A stretch of DNA of 53,777 nucleotides from Candidatus Nanoarchaeia archaeon (GTDB lineage: Archaea; Nanobdellota; Nanobdellia; SCGC-AAA011-G17; GW2011-AR18), in the NCBI GenBank assembly GCA_035289905.1, contig DATDVT010000026.1:1-53777 (forward strand), written 5' to 3'. The position numbers and the translations under genes are program-made. Under the pieces are notes generated by a model. The model did not search any database. It saw nothing but the letters and a program-made list of their open reading frames with translations, and had not been told where the DNA came from. Positions 23,531-32,800 of this stretch are shown piece after piece. The stretch's first letter is position 1, and every line of letters begins with the position of its first letter.

Positions 23531-26368
23531 TTATATTTTTGTAAAAAAAATCTTAAATATTTTTCCTTTTATTTTAAATTCTTCTTTTATATTATATTGA
23601 CTTTTTGGAATTTCTTCTGAAATTGTAATATTTTTAGCGCCGACTGTTAGTTTTATTTCATTGTCTAATAATTCTTGCGAAGTTTCAATGTATAAGTTAA
23701 TTTCTTGTTCTTTTTTCATAGATTGTTTTTTTCTTAAATCTTGTATTTTTCTAGTTATTTCCCTTGTGAATCCTTCTTTTTCTAGTTCTTTGTCAATTGT
23801 TGTATTTAATGATGCTTCTCCGTATTTGAATTCAACCTTTGTTTCTTCAATTTGCTTTTTTGTTAATTTTATTTCTTTTATGTTTGTTTGTTCTTTAATT
23901 AATTCTTTTAGAGATTTTGGGAATTTTTTTTCTTTTAGATATATTCTAGCTTCAGAAAGTGGCCATCTTATTCCTATTTGTACTTTATTTCTTGAGGCAA
24001 GTATGGATTCTATGATTAATAAAGCAGTTTCCATTTCCATTTCTAGTTTTTTCTTTATTTGCTTTTTATTTACTTTTGGCCAATCTTCTAGATGAATCGA
24101 TTCTTTATTTTTGTATAATTTTAGATAGATTTCTTCTGTTGTAAAAGGAATAATCGGGGCGAACAATTTAAGGATTGTTTTGAAAACCAAATGTAAGCTT
24201 TGGATTGCTGATCCTCTATTTTTTCCGTTTTCGTTTTGAACTCTATTTCTAATAAATTTTATGTAGTTTTTTGAGAAATCATTTGAAAGGAATTCTATTA
24301 AAGTGGTTGTTGAATTGTTTGGTTTTAATTCTTCTAGATTTTCTGTTGCTATTTTGATTGTGTTATTTAGTTTAGATATTATCCATTCATCTTCTAGATT
24401 GTATATCTGTGTGTTTGTTTCATGGAATTGGGAGATATATGTTTCTAGATTTATTAAAGTATTTATTACTTTTTTATTTTCTTCTGCGGAGTTATAACCG
24501 AATTTAAGATTAAGTTTTGGATTTTGTTGGGTATAGATTAAACGCATTGCATCAGCGCCTATTTTTTCTACAGCGTCATTAAACCAAATTGTATTACCAC
24601 TACTCTTATGCATTATCTCTCCTTTTTCATCTCTAACTTCTTCATAACAAAATACTTTTTTATATGGTGCTTTGTTTTCTAAGGTTGTTGACATGAATAA
24701 TAATGAATAAAACCAGAGTCTTATTTGAGCACGCATTTCTATTACTAGGTTTGCAGGGAACCATGTTTTCCAATATTTTTTATTATTTAGATATTTTAAT
24801 GTTGAAAATGGGACTATTCCTGCATCTAGCCAACAATCACCGACTTCTTTTATTCTTTCAATATGTTCTTTGCACTTTGGACATTTTATTTTTATTTCAT
24901 CTATCCAAGGGCGATGTAATTCTGGAAGATTTTTAATTTTAATCGGTTCAATTGCTAATTTTTTTAGTTCTTTAATTGAACCTATGACTATTATTTCTTT
25001 ACATTTACATTCGTAAAACATTAAGGGAAGCCCCCAATATCTTTTTCTTGAAATGCACCAATCTTCCATATTTATTAGCCAATCTTCCATTAATTTTTTG
25101 CAATAAGATGGTTGCCAATCCACTTTTGAAGAGTTTTCTAACATTAATGGTCTAATCTTTTCTGCGGATATAAACCATTCTGAAACCATTCTGAAGACTA
25201 GTTCTTCTTTACATCTCCAACATATAGGATAACGATGAGTTATTGGTTCTGTTTTAAACAGTGCGTTTTTTTCTTTTAGATCTTCTAAGACTTGTTTGTT
25301 TACGTCCCAGACAAATTTATTAGTTTGCCACCCATAATTTTTTTTGAAGGTTCCATCTTCATTTAGAGGAGATAGTGCTTGGAGGTTGTATAGTTTACTT
25401 AATTCAAAGTCTTCTTCACCACAACCTGGAGCGATATGTACTATACCCGTACCTGTATCTGCACCTACTTCTTTCCAAGGAATTATTTTATGGATTATAT
25501 TTTTTTGTATTTCAAAGTCATCATACGGAGATTCATATTCTAAATTTAATAGATCTTTTCCTTTTAAATGATTTAAGACTATATAGTCTTCATGGATTGT
25601 TTTTTTTAGAGATGCTTCTGAAAGATATATTATTTTATTTTTTATTTGTATTTGTAAATATTCTAACTCTGGATTAACAGCTGCAGCGATATTGGATGAA
25701 AATGTCCAAGGCGTGGTAGACCAAATTAGGAGGTATTCATTTTCTCTATTTTTTAATTTGAATAAAAAATAAACTGAGGTGTGGGTTAATTCTGTATAAC
25801 CTCCATCGCTCATTTCATGTTTTGAAGATGAAGAACCACATCTGATGCACCAAGGCATTATTTTTGAACCTTTGTATAACCAATTTTTTTCATGACATTT
25901 TTTAAGGAAATACCAGATATGCTCTATGTTACTATCGGACATAGTATAATAAGAATTATTCCAGTCCATCCATTGTCCAAGACGAATTGATTGTTCAGTT
26001 TGAATTTTTGAGTATTTATCTACTCTTTCTCTGCAGGCTTTTGAAAAGTTTTCTAAACCAAAGTTTTCTATGTCTTTTTTTGAGTTAAAATTTAGTTGTT
26101 TTTCAACTTCTACTTCTACCCAAAGGCCTTGACAGTCAAAACCATTTTGATATCTTTGATCGTAACCTTGCATTGCTTTAAATCTTTGATAGACATCTTT
26201 GTAGGTTCTTCCCCATGCATGATGTACTCCCATAGGATTATTAGCTGTAATTGGGCCATCTATGAAAGAGAATCTTTTTTTTCCTCTATTTTTTTCCTTT
26301 AATTTTTTGAAAATCTCATTTGTTTCCCAGTAATTAAGGATTTTAAGCTCGTTTTCGGGGAAGTACAT
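23531..26368 (-). CDS. ileS: Class I aminoacyl-tRNA synthetase of the Ile/Val/Leu type, most like isoleucyl-tRNA synthetase
   Basis: 945 aa. QNGFDCQGLWVEVEVEK parallels GWDTHGLPVE; WCISRKRYWGLPLP-like WCISRKRYWGLPLMF; zinc knuckles CIRCG, CWRCK, CPKCK; KMSKS region reads IMHKSSGN. The HIGH region is non-canonical (GVHHAWGR). Confidence 0.75.
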   Translation of the reverse strand: MYFPENELKILNYWETNEIFKKLKEKNRGKKRFSFIDGPITANNPMGVHHAWGRTYKDVYQRFKAMQGYDQRYQNGFDCQGLWVEVEVEKQLNFNSKKDIENFGLENFSKACRERVDKYSKIQTEQSIRLGQWMDWNNSYYTMSDSNIEHIWYFLKKCHEKNWLYKGSKIMPWCIRCGSSSSKHEMSDGGYTELTHTSVYFLFKLKNRENEYLLIWSTTPWTFSSNIAAAVNPELEYLQIQIKNKIIYLSEASLKKTIHEDYIVLNHLKGKDLLNLEYESPYDDFEIQKNIIHKIIPWKEVGADTGTGIVHIAPGCGEEDFELSKLYNLQALSPLNEDGTFKKNYGWQTNKFVWDVNKQVLEDLKEKNALFKTEPITHRYPICWRCKEELVFRMVSEWFISAEKIRPLMLENSSKVDWQPSYCKKLMEDWLINMEDWCISRKRYWGLPLMFYECKCKEIIVIGSIKELKKLAIEPIKIKNLPELHRPWIDEIKIKCPKCKEHIERIKEVGDCWLDAGIVPFSTLKYLNNKKYWKTWFPANLVIEMRAQIRLWFYSLLFMSTTLENKAPYKKVFCYEEVRDEKGEIMHKSSGNTIWFNDAVEKIGADAMRLIYTQQNPKLNLKFGYNSAEENKKVINTLINLETYISQFHETNTQIYNLEDEWIISKLNNTIKIATENLEELKPNNSTTTLIEFLSNDFSKNYIKFIRNRVQNENGKNRGSAIQSLHLVFKTILKLFAPIIPFTTEEIYLKLYKNKESIHLEDWPKVNKKQIKKKLEMEMETALLIIESILASRNKVQIGIRWPLSEARIYLKEKKFPKSLKELIKEQTNIKEIKLTKKQIEETKVEFKYGEASLNTTIDKELEKEGFTREITRKIQDLRKKQSMKKEQEINLYIETSQELLDNEIKLTVGAKNITISEEIPKSQYNIKEEFKIKGKIFKIFFTKI

Positions 26369-26391
26369 GGTTTTAGACTAAAAGATATACC

Positions 26392-26399
26392 TTTATAAA
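26392..26399 (-). promoter_or_regulatory. TATA box for the tRNA-synthetase gene
   Basis: TTTATAAA centred about 27 nt upstream of ATG 26368. Confidence 0.5.
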
Positions 26400-26466
26400 T
26401 TTATCTTTGATATCATTTTATGCTTGGGGTTAATTCTCTAAGTTAAACTTCGGGGTGTTATATATT

Positions 26467-26793
26467 ATGTATGGAGAAAGAAAGAAAAGATATGCTCCTG
26501 TTAAAGAAGGAGACATTGTAGACTTAAAGATTGAAGCAGATGGCACTAAAGGCGATGGTATTGCTAAAGTAGAAGGATTTATTGTCTTTGTCAAAGATGC
26601 GAAGAAGGGTGATGAACTAAAGGTAAAGATTACTAGGGTGTTGGATAAATATGCTTTTGGTGAAGTTCTTGGAGAGGGATCGAGTAGTGAAAGCGAATCT
26701 AGTGAAAGTAGTGAAGATCATTATGAAGACAATGAAGAGGAAGAAGGATTTGATGATGAAGCTTTTGAGGATGAAGAAGAGGACACGGTTTGA
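26467..26793 (+). CDS. TRAM-domain protein with a highly acidic C-terminal tail
   Basis: PVKEGDIVDLKIEADGTKGDGIAKVEGFIVFVKDAKKGDELKVKITRVLDKYAFGEV is a TRAM fold pattern. The tail is SSSESESSESSEDHYEDNEEEEGFDDEAFEDEEEDTV. ATG 26467 preferred over GTG 26455. Confidence 0.8.
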   Translation: MYGERKKRYAPVKEGDIVDLKIEADGTKGDGIAKVEGFIVFVKDAKKGDELKVKITRVLDKYAFGEVLGEGSSSESESSESSEDHYEDNEEEEGFDDEAFEDEEEDTV

Positions 26794-26821
26794 TTCTATT
26801 AAAAGATATATTGAATAAATC

Positions 26822-26829
26822 TTTATAAA
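26822..26829 (+). promoter_or_regulatory. TATA box for rfcS
   Basis: TTTATAAA centred about 26 nt upstream of ATG 26851. Confidence 0.5.
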
Positions 26830-26850
26830 TAAATTAATTTCTTTTTTTAT

Positions 26851-27810
26851 ATGAATAATGAAATCTGGGTAGAAAAATATAGACCTAAGACTTTTGGTGA
26901 GATTAAAGGACAAAGACATATTATTGAGAGGATTAAATCTTTTGTTCAAAAAAAAAATATGCCACATTTATTGTTTAGTGGTTCTCCAGGTACTGGTAAA
27001 TCAACTGTTGCTTTTGTGATTGCTAATGAATTATTTGGAAGTAATAAAGAAAATTTTTTAGATTTGAATTCTAGTGATGCACGTGGAATAGATGTTATTA
27101 GGATGCAGGTTAAGGATTTTGCAAGGACTAAAAGTATTAAGGATGTTCCTTTTAAGATTATACATTTAGATGAATCTGATGCTTTGACTAAGGAGGCTCA
27201 GCAAGCTTTGAGAAGAACAATGGAGAATTATTCTAAAACATGTAGATTTATTTTAAGTGTTAATTATCCGTCGAAAATAATTGATCCTATAAAGAGTAGA
27301 TGCGCTTTGTTTAGATTCAAACCTTTAGATAAATTAGATTTGTATGAATTGATTGATGAAATTATCAGTAAGGAAGGTTTAATTTTAGGAGATGGTGTTA
27401 AATCCAGATTAGTTGAAATTTCTGGGGGAGACGTAAGGCAAACTTTAAATTTATTGCAAAGCTGTGCTTCTCTTTCGAATGAGGTAAATTTAGATGTTAT
27501 TAAAGAGGTTTCTGGAATTGTTGAATCTTTTGATATTAAAGAGGTTTTGGAGATGGCTGTTGGGGGTGGTTTTTTAAATGCTAAAAAAAGAATGTTAGAT
27601 ATTATGTTAGAGAATGGTTTGAGTGGAATTGATATTATTAAACAGATTCAGAAGACTATTTATGAGTTGAATATTTCAGATGATGAGAAGTTAAAATTAA
27701 TTGAAAAATGTGGAGAGGTAGAATTTAGACTTGTTGAAGGAGCCGATGATTTTATTCAAATAGAGGCATTATTGGCTGGTTTTGGATTAGTTGATAGATA
27801 TCATCCTTAA
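26851..27810 (+). CDS. rfcS: Replication factor C small subunit
   Basis: 319 aa. WVEKYRPKTF, Walker A GSPGTGKST, DEAD-like HLDESDAL, SRC motif (KSRCALFRF). Confidence 0.95.
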   Translation: MNNEIWVEKYRPKTFGEIKGQRHIIERIKSFVQKKNMPHLLFSGSPGTGKSTVAFVIANELFGSNKENFLDLNSSDARGIDVIRMQVKDFARTKSIKDVPFKIIHLDESDALTKEAQQALRRTMENYSKTCRFILSVNYPSKIIDPIKSRCALFRFKPLDKLDLYELIDEIISKEGLILGDGVKSRLVEISGGDVRQTLNLLQSCASLSNEVNLDVIKEVSGIVESFDIKEVLEMAVGGGFLNAKKRMLDIMLENGLSGIDIIKQIQKTIYELNISDDEKLKLIEKCGEVEFRLVEGADDFIQIEALLAGFGLVDRYHP

Positions 27811-27830
27811 GGTTTGTATTAATATAAATC

Positions 27831-27839
27831 TTTATTAAA
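27831..27839 (+). promoter_or_regulatory. TATA-like box for rfcL
   Basis: TTTATTAAA centred about 25 nt upstream of ATG 27860. Confidence 0.45.
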
Positions 27840-27859
27840 TCTTTATTTTTGTTTTTTAT

Positions 27860-29008
27860 ATGATTTTTGTTGATAAATATAAACCGCAGAAATTAGAGGA
27901 GATTCCTCAAGAAAATGTTATTAAATTGAAGAAATTATTATCTATCAAAAAAAAAGGAATTTTTGTTTATGGACCTACTGGATGTGGAAAGAGTGCGACT
28001 ATTGAAATTATTTTGAAGGAGTATGATGTTATTGAGATTGATCCAAGTGATTATATGGGTAGGGAAGAAATAGAAAATAAATTAATTAAATCTTCTAAAC
28101 AGAGTAGTTTATATGGCAAGCAGAAATTATTTTTAATAGATAATATTAATGGTATTTCTAGAATAAATGATAAGGGTTGTGTGGAGGCAATTGTAGAACT
28201 AATTGATAAAAGTGTTTTTTCTGTGGTAATTGTAGGTAATGATCCTTATGATATTAGATTGAAGGCTTTGTTAAAGGTATGTAATTTAGTGGAATTTAGG
28301 TTGGTTGATGGACATAGTATTTTTAATATTTTAAAAAGAATTTCTGAGATAGAGGGTATTGTTTATGAGGAAAATGATTTGAAGACTATTTCTAGGAGGT
28401 GTGGGGGAGATCTGAGGGGGGCTATAAATGATTTACAAGTTGCTTCTTCTTTAGGTTATATTGATCTGAAGGGGGTTGATGAAAGAACTTATGAAACAGA
28501 TATTTTTAATGGATTAAAATTAGTTTTTAAGTCTAGAAGTTTAAATATAACTAAAAGTATTTTTGATAATGTTAATTATGATTTTAATGAATTTGTTTTA
28601 TGGCTTGAAGAGAATTTACCGTTAGAGTATAAGGGAGAGGATTTAATGAATGCTTATATTCAATTGGGAAGAGCTACAATTTTTGAATCCAGAATTAAAA
28701 GATGGCAGTATTGGAGGTATTTAGTCTATGTAATACATTATATCAGTTCAGGTGTTGCTTTTGCTAAGAGAGATAAATGCGTTGGTTTTGTTCAATATAA
28801 GAGGACTATGAAACCTTTAAGGATTTGGCAAATAAATATGAAATTGGTAAAGAAGAGGAGTATTGTGGATAAACTGGTTAAATTAACACACAGTTCAAAA
28901 AAAAGATTGTTTAAGGATTTTAATTATTATAGATTATTTTTATTAGATTATAAAGATGAATTAAAGTTAGATGCTGATGAGATTAATTGGCTAAGAAATA
29001 ACGTCTAA
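27860..29008 (+). CDS. rfcL: Replication factor C large subunit
   Basis: 382 aa. FVDKYKPQKLEEI, Walker A GPTGCGKSA, GGDLRGAINDLQ sensor region. Directly follows rfcS. Confidence 0.85.
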   Translation: MIFVDKYKPQKLEEIPQENVIKLKKLLSIKKKGIFVYGPTGCGKSATIEIILKEYDVIEIDPSDYMGREEIENKLIKSSKQSSLYGKQKLFLIDNINGISRINDKGCVEAIVELIDKSVFSVVIVGNDPYDIRLKALLKVCNLVEFRLVDGHSIFNILKRISEIEGIVYEENDLKTISRRCGGDLRGAINDLQVASSLGYIDLKGVDERTYETDIFNGLKLVFKSRSLNITKSIFDNVNYDFNEFVLWLEENLPLEYKGEDLMNAYIQLGRATIFESRIKRWQYWRYLVYVIHYISSGVAFAKRDKCVGFVQYKRTMKPLRIWQINMKLVKKRSIVDKLVKLTHSSKKRLFKDFNYYRLFLLDYKDELKLDADEINWLRNNV

Positions 29009-29767
29009 TAATGTTACATTAAATGTTAATGATTTCCCTGCTAATTCGTGGTTTAGATCAATATCGTATGTTGTATCATCTAGTCTTGATATTTTTCCAT
29101 TTATCATTCCTGTTTGGGTTGGTATGAATACTTGCATATATAATTCAGGATACTGATAGAGTGTTATTTTTTCTTCTGTTATTCTAATTACTTTGGATGG
29201 CCAACTTATTCCTGGGAGTGTAATTTCTTGATTTATTTTTAAATCGTTATTTAATGTAATATTCTCTGATATTTCTTCTACAGTTAGACTCCAAGGTAGT
29301 TGAGAAACATTTATTACTAAACCAATTGTTGGTTCTTGCTTAATTGCCTCTTCAAACTCTTTTTTTGTTAAACTTAATTTTGTATCTATTTCAACTTCTC
29401 TTTTTAAATTTTTGTTTATTAATTCTTCTTTGTATTCTCCATATGCTTCTTCTGGTAGAATTGTGAATATTTTATTTTCATTTATTTTCATAGTTTTAAT
29501 ATTTTTTTCAAAACCATGAACTACTTTATTTGCCCCTATTGTGAATTCAAATGGTTCATAGGTTTTTTGTTCGTTAAATAGGTTATTTTCTATTGCTATT
29601 TGTTTTATGTTTGTATCAAAAATAGTTCCATCTTCTAGGGTGCCTATATAATTAACTCTTAATTTATTTCCATCTTTAATTTTATTATCTTTTATTGAAT
29701 AGATGATTAAAGCGAGTAATATTATGGTTAATGTAATTAATAAGAAATTTTTATATTTATCTTTCAT
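28991..29767 (-). CDS. Membrane-anchored FKBP-type peptidyl-prolyl isomerase
   Basis: 258 aa. N-terminal TM NFLLITLTIILLALIIYSI. FKBP core LRVNYIGTLEDGTIFDTN ... EPFEFTIGANKVVHGFEKNIKTM ... PEEAYG. Confidence 0.8.
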   Translation of the reverse strand: MKDKYKNFLLITLTIILLALIIYSIKDNKIKDGNKLRVNYIGTLEDGTIFDTNIKQIAIENNLFNEQKTYEPFEFTIGANKVVHGFEKNIKTMKINENKIFTILPEEAYGEYKEELINKNLKREVEIDTKLSLTKKEFEEAIKQEPTIGLVINVSQLPWSLTVEEISENITLNNDLKINQEITLPGISWPSKVIRITEEKITLYQYPELYMQVFIPTQTGMINGKISRLDDTTYDIDLNHELAGKSLTFNVTLLDVIS

Positions 29768-29838
29768 GTTTTTTTGGTGTTGTTTTTTTATTTAAGGATA
29801 TTGGAAATATTTATTAGGGTGGTTGTTATTTTAAGAAT

Positions 29839-32800
29839 ATGTATGAGATTGTTGTTGGTAGAAATGATATCGAGAGAAAAGAGCTTGGGTTAAAAGGTTC
29901 TGTTTTTTTAGGTAAACATTATGTACAAATGGGTTCTGTAGTTTCTTTGTCTAATAAGGTGTATATGGATGTTGCTAGATCACATGTTGTATTTATAGTG
30001 GGAAAACGTGGAAGTGGAAAGTGTATACATGGAGATACTTTAATAACTTTAGATGATGGTTCGTTAGTACCAATTAAGAATTTAGAGAATAATGAGCGTA
30101 ATATTTTATCTTTGAATCATAATCTAAAGATTAAATCTACTCAAAAAAGTGAATTTTTTTCTAGAAATGTTGATAGATTACTGTATATTAAATTAAGAAG
30201 TGGAAAATCAATTAAATTGACCCAAGAACATCCTTTGTTGACAGTTAAAGGCTGGGTTCCTGTTCAAGATTTAAAAGTGGGGTCTAGAATTGCTACACCT
30301 AGAGTAATGGATTGTTTTGGTAGTTATAATATGCTTGATCATGAAGTTAAATTGTTAGCTTATTTGATAGCTGAGGGTCATACAAAGAAAATAGTAATTT
30401 TTTCCAATACTGATAAAGATATAATAAATGATTTTAAAGATTCTCTTTATTCTTTTGATTCAAATTTAGAATTGGTTGAAGAAAGATTTGGTTCTTATAG
30501 AATATCTATGCCTTTTTGGCGAAATGAAGTTTTGGAAGTTAATGTTGCTAGAGATAAAATGGGCAAATTTATATCAAGTGAAGATAAAAATATCTATAAA
30601 AAAAGGAGTATTAGACAATTAATAGAAAGGGAGGAATTATTTGGGTTGTTATCAAAAGAGAAATATTTATCACAAAATATTTTAAGATTGAATAAAAGTA
30701 AATTAGCTTTGTTTTTAAATAGGTTATTTAGTTGTGATGGAAGTATATATTCCTCTAATAATACTTGGGAAATTAGTTATGCTTCTTCTTCAAGAAAATT
30801 AATAGATCAAATTCATCATTTGTTGTTAAGATTTGGTATATTATCTAGAATAAGGACTAAAAAGATTAAGTTTAATGGCAATTGTTTTGATAGTTATGAA
30901 ATTGTGATTGGTTCTTCGAACGTTGTAACTTTTATAAATCAAATTGGTTTTTTTGGAGAAAAAAGTCTTAAGCAAAAAATAGCTTTGGTTGAATTGAGTA
31001 AAAAATCTTGGAATCCCAATACTGATATTATCCCTAAGGAAATTTGGAATGTTACACAACCGAAAGATTGGACTAATATTGGAAGAGCTTTAGGCTATAA
31101 ATATCCAAAAGCTATGAGAGAAACATTAAGATATTCGCCATCTAGACAAAAATTATTGCAAATTGCAAATGTTGAGCAAAATGAAATACTTTTGTCTTTG
31201 TCAACGTCAGACGTTTTTTGGGATGAAATTGTTTCTATTGAATTACTAGAAGGAGATTTTATGGTTTATGATCTTAGTGTACCTGTTAACCATAATTTTA
31301 TTGCAAATGATATTATAATTCATAATAGTTATTCTTTAGGGGTAATAGCTGAAGAGATGTGTAATTTACCAGAAGAGGTTTCCAATAAATTAGCCATTTT
31401 AATTTTCGATACGATGGGTATCTATTGGACAATGAAATATGAAAATGAAAAAGATGATGACTTATTAAGAGAATGGGGGTTGAGAAAAAAGGCTTTAGAT
31501 GTTGATATTTACACTCCTGCGGGCTATTATGAACAATATAAAGAAGAGGGAATGCCTGCTAATTTTAAGTTTACGATTAATCCTTCTGAGATAGAAGTGA
31601 ATGATTGGTGTATGGCTTTTGATGTTGGATTAATGAGCCAAGAGGGAATTTTAATTGAGAATGTTGTTGGTAATTTAAAAAAAAGAGGGGACTTTAGTTT
31701 AGAAGATGTGGTTGTTGATTTAGAACAAGTTAAGGATGTTGATGAGAATGTTAGGAAAGCAGTAATTAATAGATTTAAGGCGGCAATAAGTTGGGGCTTG
31801 TTTGATATTAAAGGAACCAAATTAAAAGATATTTTGAGGGGGGGTAGAGCGTCAGTATTAGATATTAGTTGCTATAATAATTGGACTGTTAAAACTTTAG
31901 TAGTTGGTTTGATTTGTAGAAAGCTAATGTTAGAGAGAATGGCCGCTAGAAAAAAAGAGGAATTAGTTGATGTTGAAAGGGGTTATTCTAGATTTTCTAA
32001 TCCTTTGGAATTGGCTGAACAAATGCCAATTGTTTGGTTGTTAATTGATGAATGTTTGCCTTATAATGCTGAGATTATTACTAGTAAAAACCATACTGCA
32101 ATAGGAGATATAATAAATGATTTTGAGAAAGGTGAAAATATTGATGTTTGGGCTTATAATACTGAGATAAAACAATATGGTTACTATCCTGTTCAAGCAG
32201 TATATAGAAAAGGTAAAAGATCTTTAATTAAGATAATTACTGAGACAGGAAGAGATTTGATATGTACACCAAATCATAGAATTTTAACTAAAAACGGTTT
32301 TATTCATTCTAACTTAGCGAATAATGTTGGTGTTCCTGCGGTTTATCATCATGATCAAAATCTAAATAGTGTGAAAGCAAGATTATTAGGTTGTATTTTT
32401 GGAGATAGTTGGTTGTCTAATAACAGATCTGTTGAATTTAGTAGAAAAGGTTGTGAAGACGATTTGTTAAAAATAAAAGATGATTTATTTGTTTTAAACT
32501 TATCCTCAGGTTTAATTCATTCTAGAGATACTAAATCTAAGATTTGTGATTCTGATGGAAAAATAGTTGAAGTAAATGGATTAAGTCAAAGTATCTGTTA
32601 TTCTAGAAAAGCATTTAATTTTTTTAAGGATTTGGGTGCTCCTGTGGGTATTAAAGTAATTAACGTAGTTAAAATTCCAGAATGGATAATTAATGGAGAT
32701 AATAAAGTTAAATCAGAATTTTTAGCTGCATTATTTGCAAGTGATAGGACTTCTCCTTCACTGGCTAAGAAAATTTATTCTGATTATAATCCTATTGAAC

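Noticed and set aside
23661-26302. Plus-strand ORFs (23661..24095, 24303..24497, 24703..24936, 25344..25677, 26096..26302) opposite the tRNA-synthetase gene
   Set aside because: They are antisense to a 945-aa ORF with clear class I synthetase motifs and have no motifs of their own.
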